Assembly: GCA_965202585.1 (NCBI GenBank) | Contig: OZ241828.1 | Span: forward strand, 58,156,001-58,220,000 | Source: Thalia democratica | Lineage: Eukaryota | Length of the DNA: 64,000 nt | Direction: 5' to 3' | Shown here: piece by piece, positions 50,010 through 61,509 of the stretch | How positions within the stretch are numbered: the first letter of the stretch is position 1 | Layout of the letters: each line of letters opens with the position of its first letter | Notes under the pieces: generated by a model | Database searches by the model: none | The model's input: the letters and a program-made list of their open reading frames with translations, nothing else | What the model was told of the DNA's origin: nothing | Made by a program: the position numbers and the translations under genes

Positions 50010-51000
50010 CTAGTGAACAACTGGCAAAACTTTAGTCTTGCTCGTGTCAGTCATTATAATCATGCTCTTCGTCCCTTCCTTAGAGTTGCCGGAAGATGCC
50101 TCTTTCCTGACTTCTTTCTTAACCATGTACAGCGTGAATATACTTCTCCACTGGTTGTAAGTGCCTAACAAAATGGTGAAGTCCAAACAGTTGAAGAACA
50201 AACAGACAACGATGAATATCTGGTCGTCGTACTTTTCCCGGTTAAACGCCTTTAGAGCCCCTCCGATAAAAACCAGTGAGACGTCACAAACAAAATAAAG
50301 TATCATGCAGACTTTCATGCGCTGCACGTAACTTTTTCGCCTCTTGAACGCCAGTTGGCTCGTCTTGGTTGCAAGCTTATTAAAAGACTTGAATGAGATC
50401 AACGAGCATTGAACGAAATACAACTTGCACAAAGAGTTGCCTACGTGACATAAGAGCATCATCGTAAAATAAATTTTCCTCTGAAAGTTCAGTACTGCTT
50501 TCGTAACGTGGCAGACGAACTGTATAACAGCTAATAAAGTGGCCATGAAAATACACATTGTACACTTTTGCTCGATTGACTTTGAGCTGATTGGCGCCTT
50601 CATGAAAATAACCTTTACCCTTGAGACCAGCATGAACTCTATCACGACTCTGTACAATAACACGAAGAAAACGCTGACCAGCGCTTCTAACTGGCGAATT
50701 TTTGAAGTTTTTGCTGGCACTGTCCTGAACAGAGACTGCTTTGTCGGTGCTGTTATGCATAACAACATTTTTGAAATAGTCTACCAAAATGCCGTGGTCA
50801 ACGCCTAGTGTCGTGCAGATCACCACAACAGTTGTGGCGACCACTTGCACGTTTATAATCGATATTGAAATGAGTCTGAGAACTTTAATAGAGTGCATCG
50901 ATTTCGCTTCGGCCACATTGCACAAGTGCTTATAAGTTGCCAGGAACAGATACAGGGAAAATAAGGTGTTGAAAGGCGCAGCTACTTCGACGAACCTCAT
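50010..51000 (-). CDS. Intronless orphan 7TM (GPCR-like) protein, ~329 aa if a 1-nt frameshift in the A5 run at 50768-50772 is corrected
   Basis: The first 77 aa of ORF 50380..51000 supply two hydrophobic segments and ORF 50010..50768 supplies five more. Removing one A joins them as ...VDYFK-MLLC.... A polar Ser/Thr-rich tail follows. GC content is much higher than in the flanks. Confidence 0.7.
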
Positions 51001-51591
51001 TTTGAATGTGGCAGACGCTTTGAAGATTTAAGATTTTATACCTCTCGTTTAAGGTGTAAACAAACCGAGAGACTGGGATTGAACTGACATATCTAATAAA
51101 TATTAATGCTGTACTGCAGCAGGGATAAACATAAAGAAAAAAAGAAAATGCGTTTCTATCTCTTCATTAATTATTCGGCATACAATGGTATGACGTAGGT
51201 GTAAATTCAATAAAAACAAATACATAAACATTTTAATGCTTTTTCGAAAAAAAAATTGTTTTTTGGCATGCAAGCTAAAACATGTATCTAAAGATGTTTG
51301 AACTTATAAACATTTTTTATGAGCCTAATTTTGCATCTCTGTTTACCAAAGTGCTTTTTATTTTAAATTGAACCAGCTAAAGATTGAAGACAATCTTTTT
51401 TGTCTTTATGAAACGTATGTACTGAAATTTTTAAAACCGAATTTTTCTAATAAATTATTTAAAAGCCCTTTAAGTGGGCTCAGTAGAAAGTGATTTAGTT
51501 TAAATAACCATATTATTTTCTATATATATATTAAAGATCTGGTCGATAGTGCTAAATTAGATTTATTAGATTTGATTATATAAAAAACAAA

Positions 51592-51649
51592 AGTTTAGAC
51601 GACCGTTTCGTATATGAGATATAAAACCCCATATACTCCTCAGTAAGCT
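51592..51649 (-). ncRNA. Type I minimal hammerhead ribozyme with intact catalytic core
   Basis: The minus strand reads agctta-CUGAGGA-GUAUAUG(loop)CAUAUAC-GAAA-C-GGUC-GUC-uaaacu. Stem II is 7 perfect bp, stem I has one mismatch, and the predicted cleavage is after GUC (between 51598 and 51597). Confidence 0.75.
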
Positions 51650-52385
51650 AAAGTTTATTAAATGTTAAACAGAATTTTAGAATTTGAAAATTTTTAAAAT
51701 ACCTATGACGTAGTGATTACAGTTAGAGTTTATTGTACAGTGAGCTGAGTACGCTGAACTTGTTAATTTATGCATTTTGGAGGTTTGGATTATGTTAAGG
51801 TTATATTAAGGTTATATTAGAAAAATGGTATGAAGTATTAGAAAGATACAGAAACCACAAACCATCATTTAACAATATTAACAAACTAAATACACATAGC
51901 TTGCAAACTAAATTTTAAATTTAAAAGATCATTTTACAGATTACAAAGCTAAATAAGAAAAATTAAACAGGACAAAACCAAAATTCAATACTAAATTCGG
52001 CTTCAAACTTAACAACTGAGAAAAATTGAAGTTGATAAGTCAGACAAGAACATAACACTAAACAAGAAAAGCGAAAAACAAAATAAATACATTCATAGCC
52101 AAAAACACTTTTTTATTAAAATTAAAACTAAATAAATAATAAATAAATAATAAATAAAATAAAATTAAGCCGCAAACACGAATAGTTTAAAAGACTTTTC
52201 TAATAAATTAAAACATTTTTCTAATATAACTTTTTCCAAACTTTCAAAAATCCATAAATTAACAAGTTCAGCGTATTTTTTTCAAATTTAGCTTTTCGTT
52301 CAATAAACTATATCTATTTTTACTACGTCATAACTGTTATTAAAATTTCAATTCTAAATTTTTTTTTAACATTATAATAAACTTT

Positions 52386-52443
52386 AGTTTACTGAGAATT
52401 ATATGGGGTTTTATATCTCATACACGAGACGGTCGTCTGAACT
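52386..52443 (+). ncRNA. Degenerate hammerhead ribozyme copy
   Basis: aguuua-CUGAGAA-uuauaug...cauacac-GAGA-C-GGUC-GUC-ugaacu. Core substitutions (CUGAGAA, GAGA) and a weakened stem II make it probably inactive. Confidence 0.6.
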
Positions 52444-54300
52444 TTGGTTTTTTATATAATAAAATATATATAAATATATACATATATAGATATGTACTTA
52501 TTTTGTTAATGCTTAATTTCATAGAATTTCTACAACGGACATAAAAAGTATTTTGAAGTTTTATGCAAAATTAGTGTTTCTTATGTTTATGGCTTAATTT
52601 AATATACATCTTAATTTATGTTTTAACATACCATTGTAATAAACTAACTGAAAAGCTGTTCTATTTAACAGAACAGTGAGTCATTAATATTAGTAAAACG
52701 TAGTGTTGTATTAATATATATCTATACATACATGTGTATACATAAATCAATTTTTTACTGCTTACTATTGAATGACAACTTTAACTAACTGTTTACATTA
52801 GCTTTAGGCAGAATGGTATGTTTTTTATCACTACTTTGAAGTTTATTTCAAATATAAAGATACTTTATAACGGCATTTTGTATTCTCACGAAATATACAA
52901 TTAGCTACTTATAGCTTTTATTTTAAACAACCTAGCAGATTTACTTCCATATTAGAGTGTGAATTTCTTTTCGCATTGAAATATTTTTTTTAGTTATTAA
53001 TCTTTTTAAAAATTAATGCATTTTATGTTTTTTCACCTGACTAAACTAACTAAGTGCGACAAACATAAAGATTATAAATAGTTTGGCGTATCAGTGATTA
53101 TACGGTTTGAACGTGTGTATGCATAATTGATAAGGAAAGTAAACAACTTAATACGTATATTTATTAATTTTTTTGTTTTTTACGTTTGAAGATAATTTTG
53201 GGTTTCTTTAATTTAATCTTTGTTTTAAGAAATTAAAAACCCAAAATTGCCTTAAGCTTTATTTAAACTAAGTTAGTTGTATTTAAGTCTATCGAAACAC
53301 GATTCTTGCTTGTAGTTATAAAAAAATTAAAAAAATTTTTACGGAGTACTGTTTATTTTTTATAAGTATTAAAAACTTTATAAAAATATAAATTGTTTAC
53401 TTGTAGTTTAAAGTGATGAAGCATTATTACAAGCAATAGTACCGTTGCAATGCTTAGTTAGTATCTGTAAACTTTAGATATTTAAAAAATGCGATTTAAA
53501 CTAGTACCTATGTAGTACAAAGTTTTTACATGAATTAGATATTTAAGCTTTAGTATATTTTTACGAAAACATCACTGGCGAGTAATTTCTGGATCTTTAA
53601 TTCTTCTTTTTTAAGTGTTTAAATTTAAGCATTTAAATGTCGAGTGCTACAAAATGAGCTAATATGATTAAAGTTTTAACAAGTTTATTAATCTTGTCAA
53701 AACATCAATGTTTAATAAGAACGTGATATGCGTAAAACTTAGTGGTAGTTTATTCATGATTATTCAAACATAACATTTGACAAAATGATTATAATTTAGA
53801 AACAGTTTTTAGTATATGGAATCGCTCGCCTGAAATTACCTTCTTGAAGTTGAAAGAAATATTAAAATAAAAGTAGTTAAAGTTATTCTATTAGAACTGC
53901 AGTTTATTTTGTTATTGATTTTTTAATATTTAAATATAAAAACTATTTTTTAAACAATTTTTATTTACTTAAAGTTTTTGAATAAAAATCAAATATGTTT
54001 TAATTTTTGTTTTTTCTGTAGATACTTAAACATTTTTAAGTTAGCTTGTAGTTATTGTTAAATTAATAATTTTTATAAAAAGGTATCAAGTCATTGTCAT
54101 ATTTGATCATAGATTTTAACATATTAGTATTATTTCTTTACAGTAGAATTTTCACCAGCTTATTTGCTGAGTCTAGTTTACATAAAGTAGCTTTTAGTGT
54201 TTATAACATTATGTGTAAAAAGCCCCATTTAGTTATAATTTAATAATAACAGTAAAGCCCATTAGATTAACAATAACAACAGTTAAGTACACAATGATCG

Positions 54301-54760
54301 GGTAGGAGTCTATTTTGCACAAAGGGTCACTTTTGCAAGAAGGGACATTTTTGCACAATGACACTTTTGCACGAAGGATCACTTTTGCACAAAGACAATT
54401 TTGCACCGTTGATGTATTCTTAATTCTTTTTTATTCACTTTAATATTTATTTTTTTTTATTACCACTACTACCCATAACCTTTACCCTCGGTCAAAAATA
54501 TGTTTTCCCGTTGTTTAATTTGTCTTTAAATACTTAATTTTTTATTATTTTTTTTGTTATTTATTTTTTGAATAATAAAATTTAAAAGGATATTTTTTTT
54601 TCTATTACTATTACCCCTAATCCTTGGTGGATAGCTTTTTTTTTTTTTTTTTTATTACTTTATTTGGTTTTCATTTCTTAAAATTGTTACTTTTTTTGTT
54701 ATTTTCTCATTTTTCGTTTTACTATATTGTTACCTTTTACCCTCGGTTGGTAAATTTTTT
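54301..54760 (-). mobile_element. Truncated copy of the GGTA-ended MITE family
   Basis: The GGTAGG terminus is followed by ttttgcac repeats and the internal tacccataacctttaccctcgg motif in reverse orientation. The other end and the TSD were not found. Confidence 0.55.
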
Positions 54761-55397
54761 TCAATTTTGTTATTTTATTAATAAATCTATTTATTTATCT
54801 GTTTATTTTTAAGCTACACACCATTCATAATGATAATAAGCTACACACTGTTCATAATGATTTCAAGTAACACACCATCAAGTGTAATAAAACAGTTTTT
54901 TACACATGTTGTTTTATTTTTTCGAATGTCGAGTAATGTGAAGTCAATCAATCAAAATTATTCCTATCAAAGTGATGTGTAAATTGCGTTTTCTGGCTAT
55001 ATATAAAAGTTGGAATTGTGTATTTAAGCAGTATACACTACATTTTTAATCCAGACAGTTGTCGTATTTGTTGTGAGGTTACTTGTCTCTTAAAGACTTA
55101 TCTTGTAAGAATTTTATACTTTATTCTTATTGTTTGCTTATTGTTTAGTTACAGAAAATCGTTTTCAACTATTTTTTCGTCGTTTTGAGTTAGTTTTGAT
55201 ATTTTCATAGTTATTTAACTATTAAAATTTTTTAATGTATTTTTCAATTCAACTTCAGATTATTATTAAGTTTCAATTTGATTATTTATAACCAAACTAA
55301 ATTCAAGGATCGCTCAAATTGATACTTGTTTGGTTACATTGAACTTTAAACCCTAGCTACTATCCATAAACAACAAAAAAACATTAACTAACTAAAT

Positions 55398-55674
55398 GGA
55401 GAACGGGTCTAAATTGAACGAAGACAAAATTGCACGAGGAGACTAAATTGCTCGAGAATAAAATTACACGAATAAAATGAATAAAAAAATTAAAAAGTTT
55501 TTTTTTTTTAATTTAACTCGTGCAAAAATGTCTCCGTGCAATTTTATTTTCGTGCAATTTCATCCCTGATGCAAAAGTGCCTTCGTACAAAAATATATTA
55601 GTGCTATTTTGTGCAATCGTGCAATTTTGTTCCCTCGTGCAATTTTGTACGCTCGTGCAAATTTGACAGCTACC
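55398..55674 (+). mobile_element. GGTA-ended MITE, 277 bp
   Basis: GG(ag)aacgggtc...aaattgcacga repeats / cgtgcaattt repeats...gacagctACC. The flanks taactaaat and caactaaat match at 8/9 positions (TSD). Confidence 0.75.
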
Positions 55675-57227
55675 CAACTAAATGATATACAAAGTTATTT
55701 TATTCAAACTTGGCATAACAAATGAGTAAGTATAAACTTTTTTAAAATATAAATGTAACAAACTTTACTTTGAAGTATAGTTACTATTTAACTAAAATCT
55801 TTATATAAAAACTAAAGAGACAAATGTTTTAAGCAGTGTTAAACTGAAAGGAGTATAAACTTTTAATCCTTAAACTATAAAACACTTATCAGAAACAAAC
55901 ATTGTTTAAGAAACAAATTTACAACAAACAACAAAAACAACAATTAAGTTTTATAACTGAAACTACGCATTAACCCTAAGCGACTGCAAAGTCGTGGCTC
56001 GAACCTCTCTGCTCAAATACTCATGCTTATTTATTGCTGTACATAGACCATGAGTTCGTGCGTTAACCGTTTTAGATTGGCTTATTTCAAGAGATCAAGC
56101 GACTTGTGCTTTAATTGTGTCATTATGAATCACGAGAAATGCGCTTCTTTGAATTCCTTTTTTTTATTGTTTTAACTTATAACATTCTTTGCTGTATAAG
56201 TATTGTTGTTTTACACTCATTTACTTATAGATAAAAAAGTGCAACTAAATATTATTTAGTTCTCTTTATTATATCTTATTTACGTTGCAGTTTTGTAAAA
56301 TTCCTTTTAATCGGTTAAAAAAGACTATACTGCTAATAAAACCTACAAGACCGGCTCTTGAAAGCTTTTACAAATGAAGCCTGACCTGTTAATTAATAAT
56401 GTTGCCCTTCTTCAGCCATCACTATAACATAAAAAAGGCTTAATAGTTTCTAATTCAAACTAATTCAAAGTCCTGAACAAGACGTTAAACTGTTCTGGTG
56501 TATGACTCGATAACCGAAAGGTTTTTTCGTGCAACAGGTCCTTGGACCAAAATTTTTGAGCGTTTTTTGTGCAAACAGTATATTCACGTTTTGTAATTTA
56601 AAGCAAACATATGTTTTACTAGTTAAAATCAAAGATTAACGTTTATTGGTTACAGAAGTCTTTAACTAAGAATTAAGTTAAGTTCCATTTAGTTTTTCAT
56701 AACTTATCATTCCTTATTCCTATAAAACTTATTAGTGTCTTATTTGGGTTTTATATAGTTTTATCAAAAAAACTTACAGTACCTTACATTTTTAAGTTTT
56801 TGAAAATTTTACTAATATTTTAATATATTTTTAGGTATTTCAAATTATTTGATGTTTGAACTTTTTAATTTTTGGTAGTAACTGTTTACAACATGGTTTA
56901 CATAATTATAGTTGATAAGTCTAAAAATTTAAGAACAAGTGTTTTTATTTGTAAAAAATACAGGAACCTTTGATATTAAACTTTTTATTATTAAAATTCT
57001 GGTTACAATGAAACGACTGAAATGTGTATAAATTGTCAAATGTTTTCATTTGCGCAGGAAAATAAATAAAGTACTTAAATATTAATCAAAATACAGGCTT
57101 GAACAAAGCTTAAGCAGTGAAGATAAGTAGTTTTTTAAATGATATCAAGGAACTTAAAAACAAAATTAATAAAAATACTGTTTTTGTTTTTCGAAAAAGT
57201 CAATTTAAAAAATAGTTTTGTTTAACC

Positions 57228-57367
57228 AGCGAAATTTACATGCTCGCGGGCCGAAGCCTTTTATTTCGCAGGCCGCATTCCATTTAAACAAAAAACATGC
57301 TTGCGGTCCGTAGATTTACACTTCAAGGGCTACACTTGGCCTGCGGACCGCAGATTGCTGACCCCTG
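57228..57367. mobile_element. End fragment of a hAT (Charlie-like) MITE
   Basis: Ends in ttgctgacccctg (reverse complement CAGGGGTCAGCAA) with gcgggccg / gcggaccgc subterminal motifs. The partner end was not found. Confidence 0.55.
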
Positions 57368-59842
57368 CTATTTATTATACTTACATGTTACAAAATTTAA
57401 AAAAAAACTCCAATATGTGTTATACTTAAATATATTGCCATCATCTAGCCATTGCAATATTATATGTCTGAAATTTACCACGAATATTGGTAGATGTATT
57501 GTATTTTTTTCATTAATTTTAGTTTTAAATGTACGTAATTTGCTATGGACTTATATTATGTTTTTATAATTGCATTCCAGGAATTTTGTATGGTTCTATA
57601 AGTAACGGTTAAAAAATATATTTTTCTTAAAAAACTATTGTTACAACTTGTAATTGTAAAGAATAAGGAATTTTTTGAATATTTTTGAACTTTAATTTTT
57701 TTTCATGCAAAAAGACTAATAACTGAAGAAAAAGTATTATTTTGGGTTTAATTATTATTTTCAATGTAATAAACTTGTTGTGTCTAAAAATGCTATATAC
57801 TATATATTAAGGAACTTCTATTTAAGGCGTTTATTTAAGTTACGGGTCGTAGGTTTTACTTCAAAGTTAGTAAAACAATTGTAAAGAAGTTAGTAAAATA
57901 ATAGTTGGATTAAATTAGTGTTTGTTATAATAATAAAATATTTCAAATTCAGGTATTCTTATTTTCCAGTGTTTTTCATAGGAATTCACCTTTTCATTAA
58001 TAAGGTTTGATCATACCAATTCGATAATCAGAGTACTTGAGATATTAGATGATAGAATTGGTATAATCAAACCTTGTAAACTTGAGTTTGTCTCACGGCA
58101 TATGAAAGTCAAGACTTCGGTTCTGTAGACTTTCGCCAATGTCTTTGATAAATTTTTCATTAAGTTACTTATACAAACAAAAGTTTCCTTATAAATATGA
58201 AAAAAATATGAAATATCTCCTTAATTGCAGCATATTATTAATTGCAGATATTAATATTTCATAATGTGCACTTGCTTTAAAGTTAAATACGTTTAAAACT
58301 TAGTTTATATTTAAATTCTATTTAAAGTTTTTAGTAATAAAAATTGAAACAAGTTAAATTATTCAAAAATGTTAACATTTAAGTAGAGTATATAACAATA
58401 TTAGAAGTTGGTTGTAATTCGCTATATATTAATATTTAACATTTACTTATGTTAATTAGGATCATTAAATTTATAGTAATAGTAATGCTCTAACTTATTC
58501 TAAGTTTTTAATTATCTCTAGTTTTCTTAACACTCTATTACATAAAATATATATGTCTATCTTTCTATTTTGTCTATTAGTTTTATTTTGCACTTGTATT
58601 ACATATACTTATGTATTACAACTAAAATGTTATAACCATTATAGTTATTATTTTTTGCGTTACTGTTGTATCAAAAAATTATTCCATAACGTCGAGTTTA
58701 AAATGCTTGCTGGCAAAAAAAAAACATATAATTTACTCTAAGGACGTAGAATTTCCACGAGATTCAGTTATGACTGTTCAAAAATGGATGATTCCAAACA
58801 GAAGTCAGAAAGCATTTGAAATAATGAAAGCAAACTGTGATGCAACTAATCCCGTAAGTTATCGGGTTGTCTTTCTGGGATGCGGAACATAAACTACTTC
58901 ATAATGCGAACTTCAACTTCTTTTTCGACACAAAGTTGGTTTTAATCTGAATTCTTTTGTCTGAATTGGAAGACTTTTTACAAGTTATAATCAATTTAAC
59001 AATTCTATTAACCACTAAAATATATATTTATTAAAACGCCCCAAAACATTTCCCAATATTTTATTAAGCACGATATCTCAGCATTTATATTTCCATTTCC
59101 ATTAAAATTAAATTTTAACTGCTCTTTAGCATTACCTGAGGTACCGAGACAGTAAAAAATATCCTTTCTTTAATCTAGTACATAAGAAGGATAAAAAATA
59201 CAACCCATTTAAGTTCGGGCATTATCCCTAACAATCGACTTTTCTCGTATTAATTAACACGCCATATTTATAAAAAGTCCAATCACTTTTTTGACAATTA
59301 CTTGCTCACTAATTAGCAATTGGTTTTTGTTTCAGCCGCTCACCAAGCATTAAGCTCTGAATTTATTTATATTATATACTGAATTTATTAAGCTAGCAGT
59401 AGTGTATACTGGCATACAAAAAGCTTTTGAGTCGGTGTTGCACCAAAGATTATTGAATATTTTAACTCCGTTATGGTTACATAAGAGTCAAATAAATTGG
59501 ATAAATGAGTATTTAAATAACAGGTACTAAGAGTGCTCATTAAAAATACACTATCAGACACTTTGTTAATTTACAGTTGAGTACCACAACGAAATTAATT
59601 ATTCTACTTACTACAAAACCCACCCGATAAATACGATGAAAATTTGTTTAAAAAACAAAAAAGAAAACAACTTGTGTGTGCTTTGATAAGCTGCTTTAAC
59701 TAAATTAGTGTATTCTATAGCTTTTATACGCAAACGTTTGTTATAGATATAGTTAAAGCATATTCTAACAAGTTTTTGGTTAACTGAACGCAAAAGTACA
59801 AAAAAAAAAGATTTTGCCGTCAATTAAGCATCTCATTCAACA

Positions 59843-60657
59843 GGTAGGTGACACTATAACACGGCATCACTTTAGCACAGAGTGACACTTTAGCACATTG
59901 TGATACTTTAACATGTAGTGACACTTTAGCACGGCGTCACTTTAGCACGGAGTGACTTTTTTGCACATAATAATTTTAAATCTTTTAAAATGTTCATTAA
60001 ATAATGCTTAATTGTCTAAAATAATTAACTTAACAAACAAATAATTTTGAAAACTACTTGTAATACTTTTCAACATATCGTCTTAAAAAAATAGTAATAA
60101 AGTTTCTACTATGAGCTTAAAATGATATAAGAAAGTTTCTAATCTTTATCTACCTATTTTTTAATTTAGAACTTACCGTTGAAGTTTAGTCTTAATAAAA
60201 ATAGCTAAAGAATTTATAAATAACTGTTAATAACCCTAGAGCCTGTGTTTATTGCTAGCTTTATTAAAAAAGTTTCAATGCAAAGACTGTAAAGTAAAAG
60301 TACCAAAATACTTTCATCTAAAATTAGATAGTAAAAAAAATTAACAAAGTTTTTTAATTTACTTTTGTTTCAGCTTTAACTAAAGCTTAAAATTGTAACT
60401 CATTTAAAGCATGTTAACTTTTATTTCACATGTTGCAAAGTTCTTTTATAGATTTTTAAACAATACAGTACTTAATGTGATTTAAGCAAAGAAAAAAATG
60501 CAAAATAAATTCTGTTCTAAAATTTCACTCCGTGCTAAAGTGGCGCCGTGCTGAAGTGACACTCAGTGATAAAGTGTCACTCTGTTCTAAAGTGTCACCC
60601 CGTGCTAAATTGTCACACCGTGCTAAAGTGTCACCCGTGCTTTTCTGACCCGTTACC
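59843..60657. mobile_element. 815-bp MITE with GGTA termini, inverted subterminal repeats and a 9-bp TSD
   Basis: cattcaaca|GGTAGG...CGTTACC|cattcaaca. Tandem cactttagcac repeats at the left end mirror gtgctaaagtg repeats at the right end. Confidence 0.85.
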
Positions 60658-61124
60658 CATTCAACAACAGAAGTTTTCAATTAATCTTAATTAAAGTTTT
60701 ATATTTGTATAACGACTAAATAATTCGAAAGGATTCAAACTTTGGTTAACTATGCTGAAAATTTGATATTTTTATACGTCATTTTTCTTGTTTTTGTAAA
60801 ACATTTTTAAAACATATTTAGGTTTTGTCTATTGTGCAAATAGTTTGTATTATTTATTATTGAGATTTACAGTCGCATAAATTCTTAGTTTGACCTACGA
60901 GAGAAGGTTTGCAACTGCTTGTTCTAATAGACGAAATAAATATATTACTTTATTTTATTATATTAAACTATATATAATAAGCATATACAGTAAATGTTGT
61001 CACTTTAGGGAACACAATAAGAATCTATTATACCTTGTTTTTTTAGTAATTAACTAACTTAAATAAAAGTATTTGAAAAAAAAAATTCAATATCGTTAAA
61101 TCTGTTTTATTCTATCATCTAAAG

Positions 61125-61439
61125 CAGAAATTCTTAGCCTGGGGTAAATTTAAATTCAATTATAAAATGTATAATCCCTAGGTGTAAATTTTTTTTAATA
61201 CAAGTTATTAAAGTTAATGTTTATTAGTTGAATATATAATTTATAAGTTATTATTTACCTATATTTTATCTTAAGTTAAATAATCTCTTTAAATTTTACA
61301 ATTTTTTATATCTAACAAGCTTAAGGTTCTAAACTCTAGTCTTTTTCATTAAAATTAAAAATTATTCTTTATACTAGGTAAAATTAGGAAATTACCTTCT
61401 AAAAAGGGGTAAAACGTAAAAAAAGCTTAAGAACCGCTG
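61125..61439. mobile_element. 315-bp hAT MITE
   Basis: CAG...TTCTTA / TTAAGAACCGCTG termini with an exact 8-bp TSD ATCTAAAG (61117-61124, 61440-61447). Confidence 0.85.
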
Positions 61440-61509
61440 ATCTAAAGTTTTTGTTAATTACTACTTACTAATAAGTTAAAAAGGAACAATGAATACGTTT
61501 GTATACAAA

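Larger units (their letters stand above)
51573..52460 (+). mobile_element. Penelope-like retroelement remnant bounded by inverted pseudo-LTR segments
   Basis: ~90-bp inverted repeats (~51573-51665 and ~52365-52460) each contain a hammerhead motif. A decayed KIKQDK(P)KFNTK...KL* at ~51960-52020 resembles the I-x3-KP-x-LN C-terminus of PLE GIY-YIG ORFs. Confidence 0.6.

Noticed and set aside
50380-50767. Dual-coding overlap: ORF 50380..51000 stays open ~129 codons beyond the frameshift
   Set aside because: Stops in that frame need a T-ending codon followed by AA/AG/GA, which is rare given this gene's GC-rich third positions. The peptide shows no recognisable features.
58707-58892. 61-aa ORF in a GC-richer patch
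   Set aside because: It has no recognisable motif on either strand; it may be a TE or exon relic but cannot be supported.
12478-60657. CRISPR-like arrays (repeats at 12478-12690, 59860-59960, 60525-60640)
   Set aside because: The context is eukaryotic, the repeats are degenerate TE-internal or subterminal repeats without unique constant-length spacers, and there are no cas genes.
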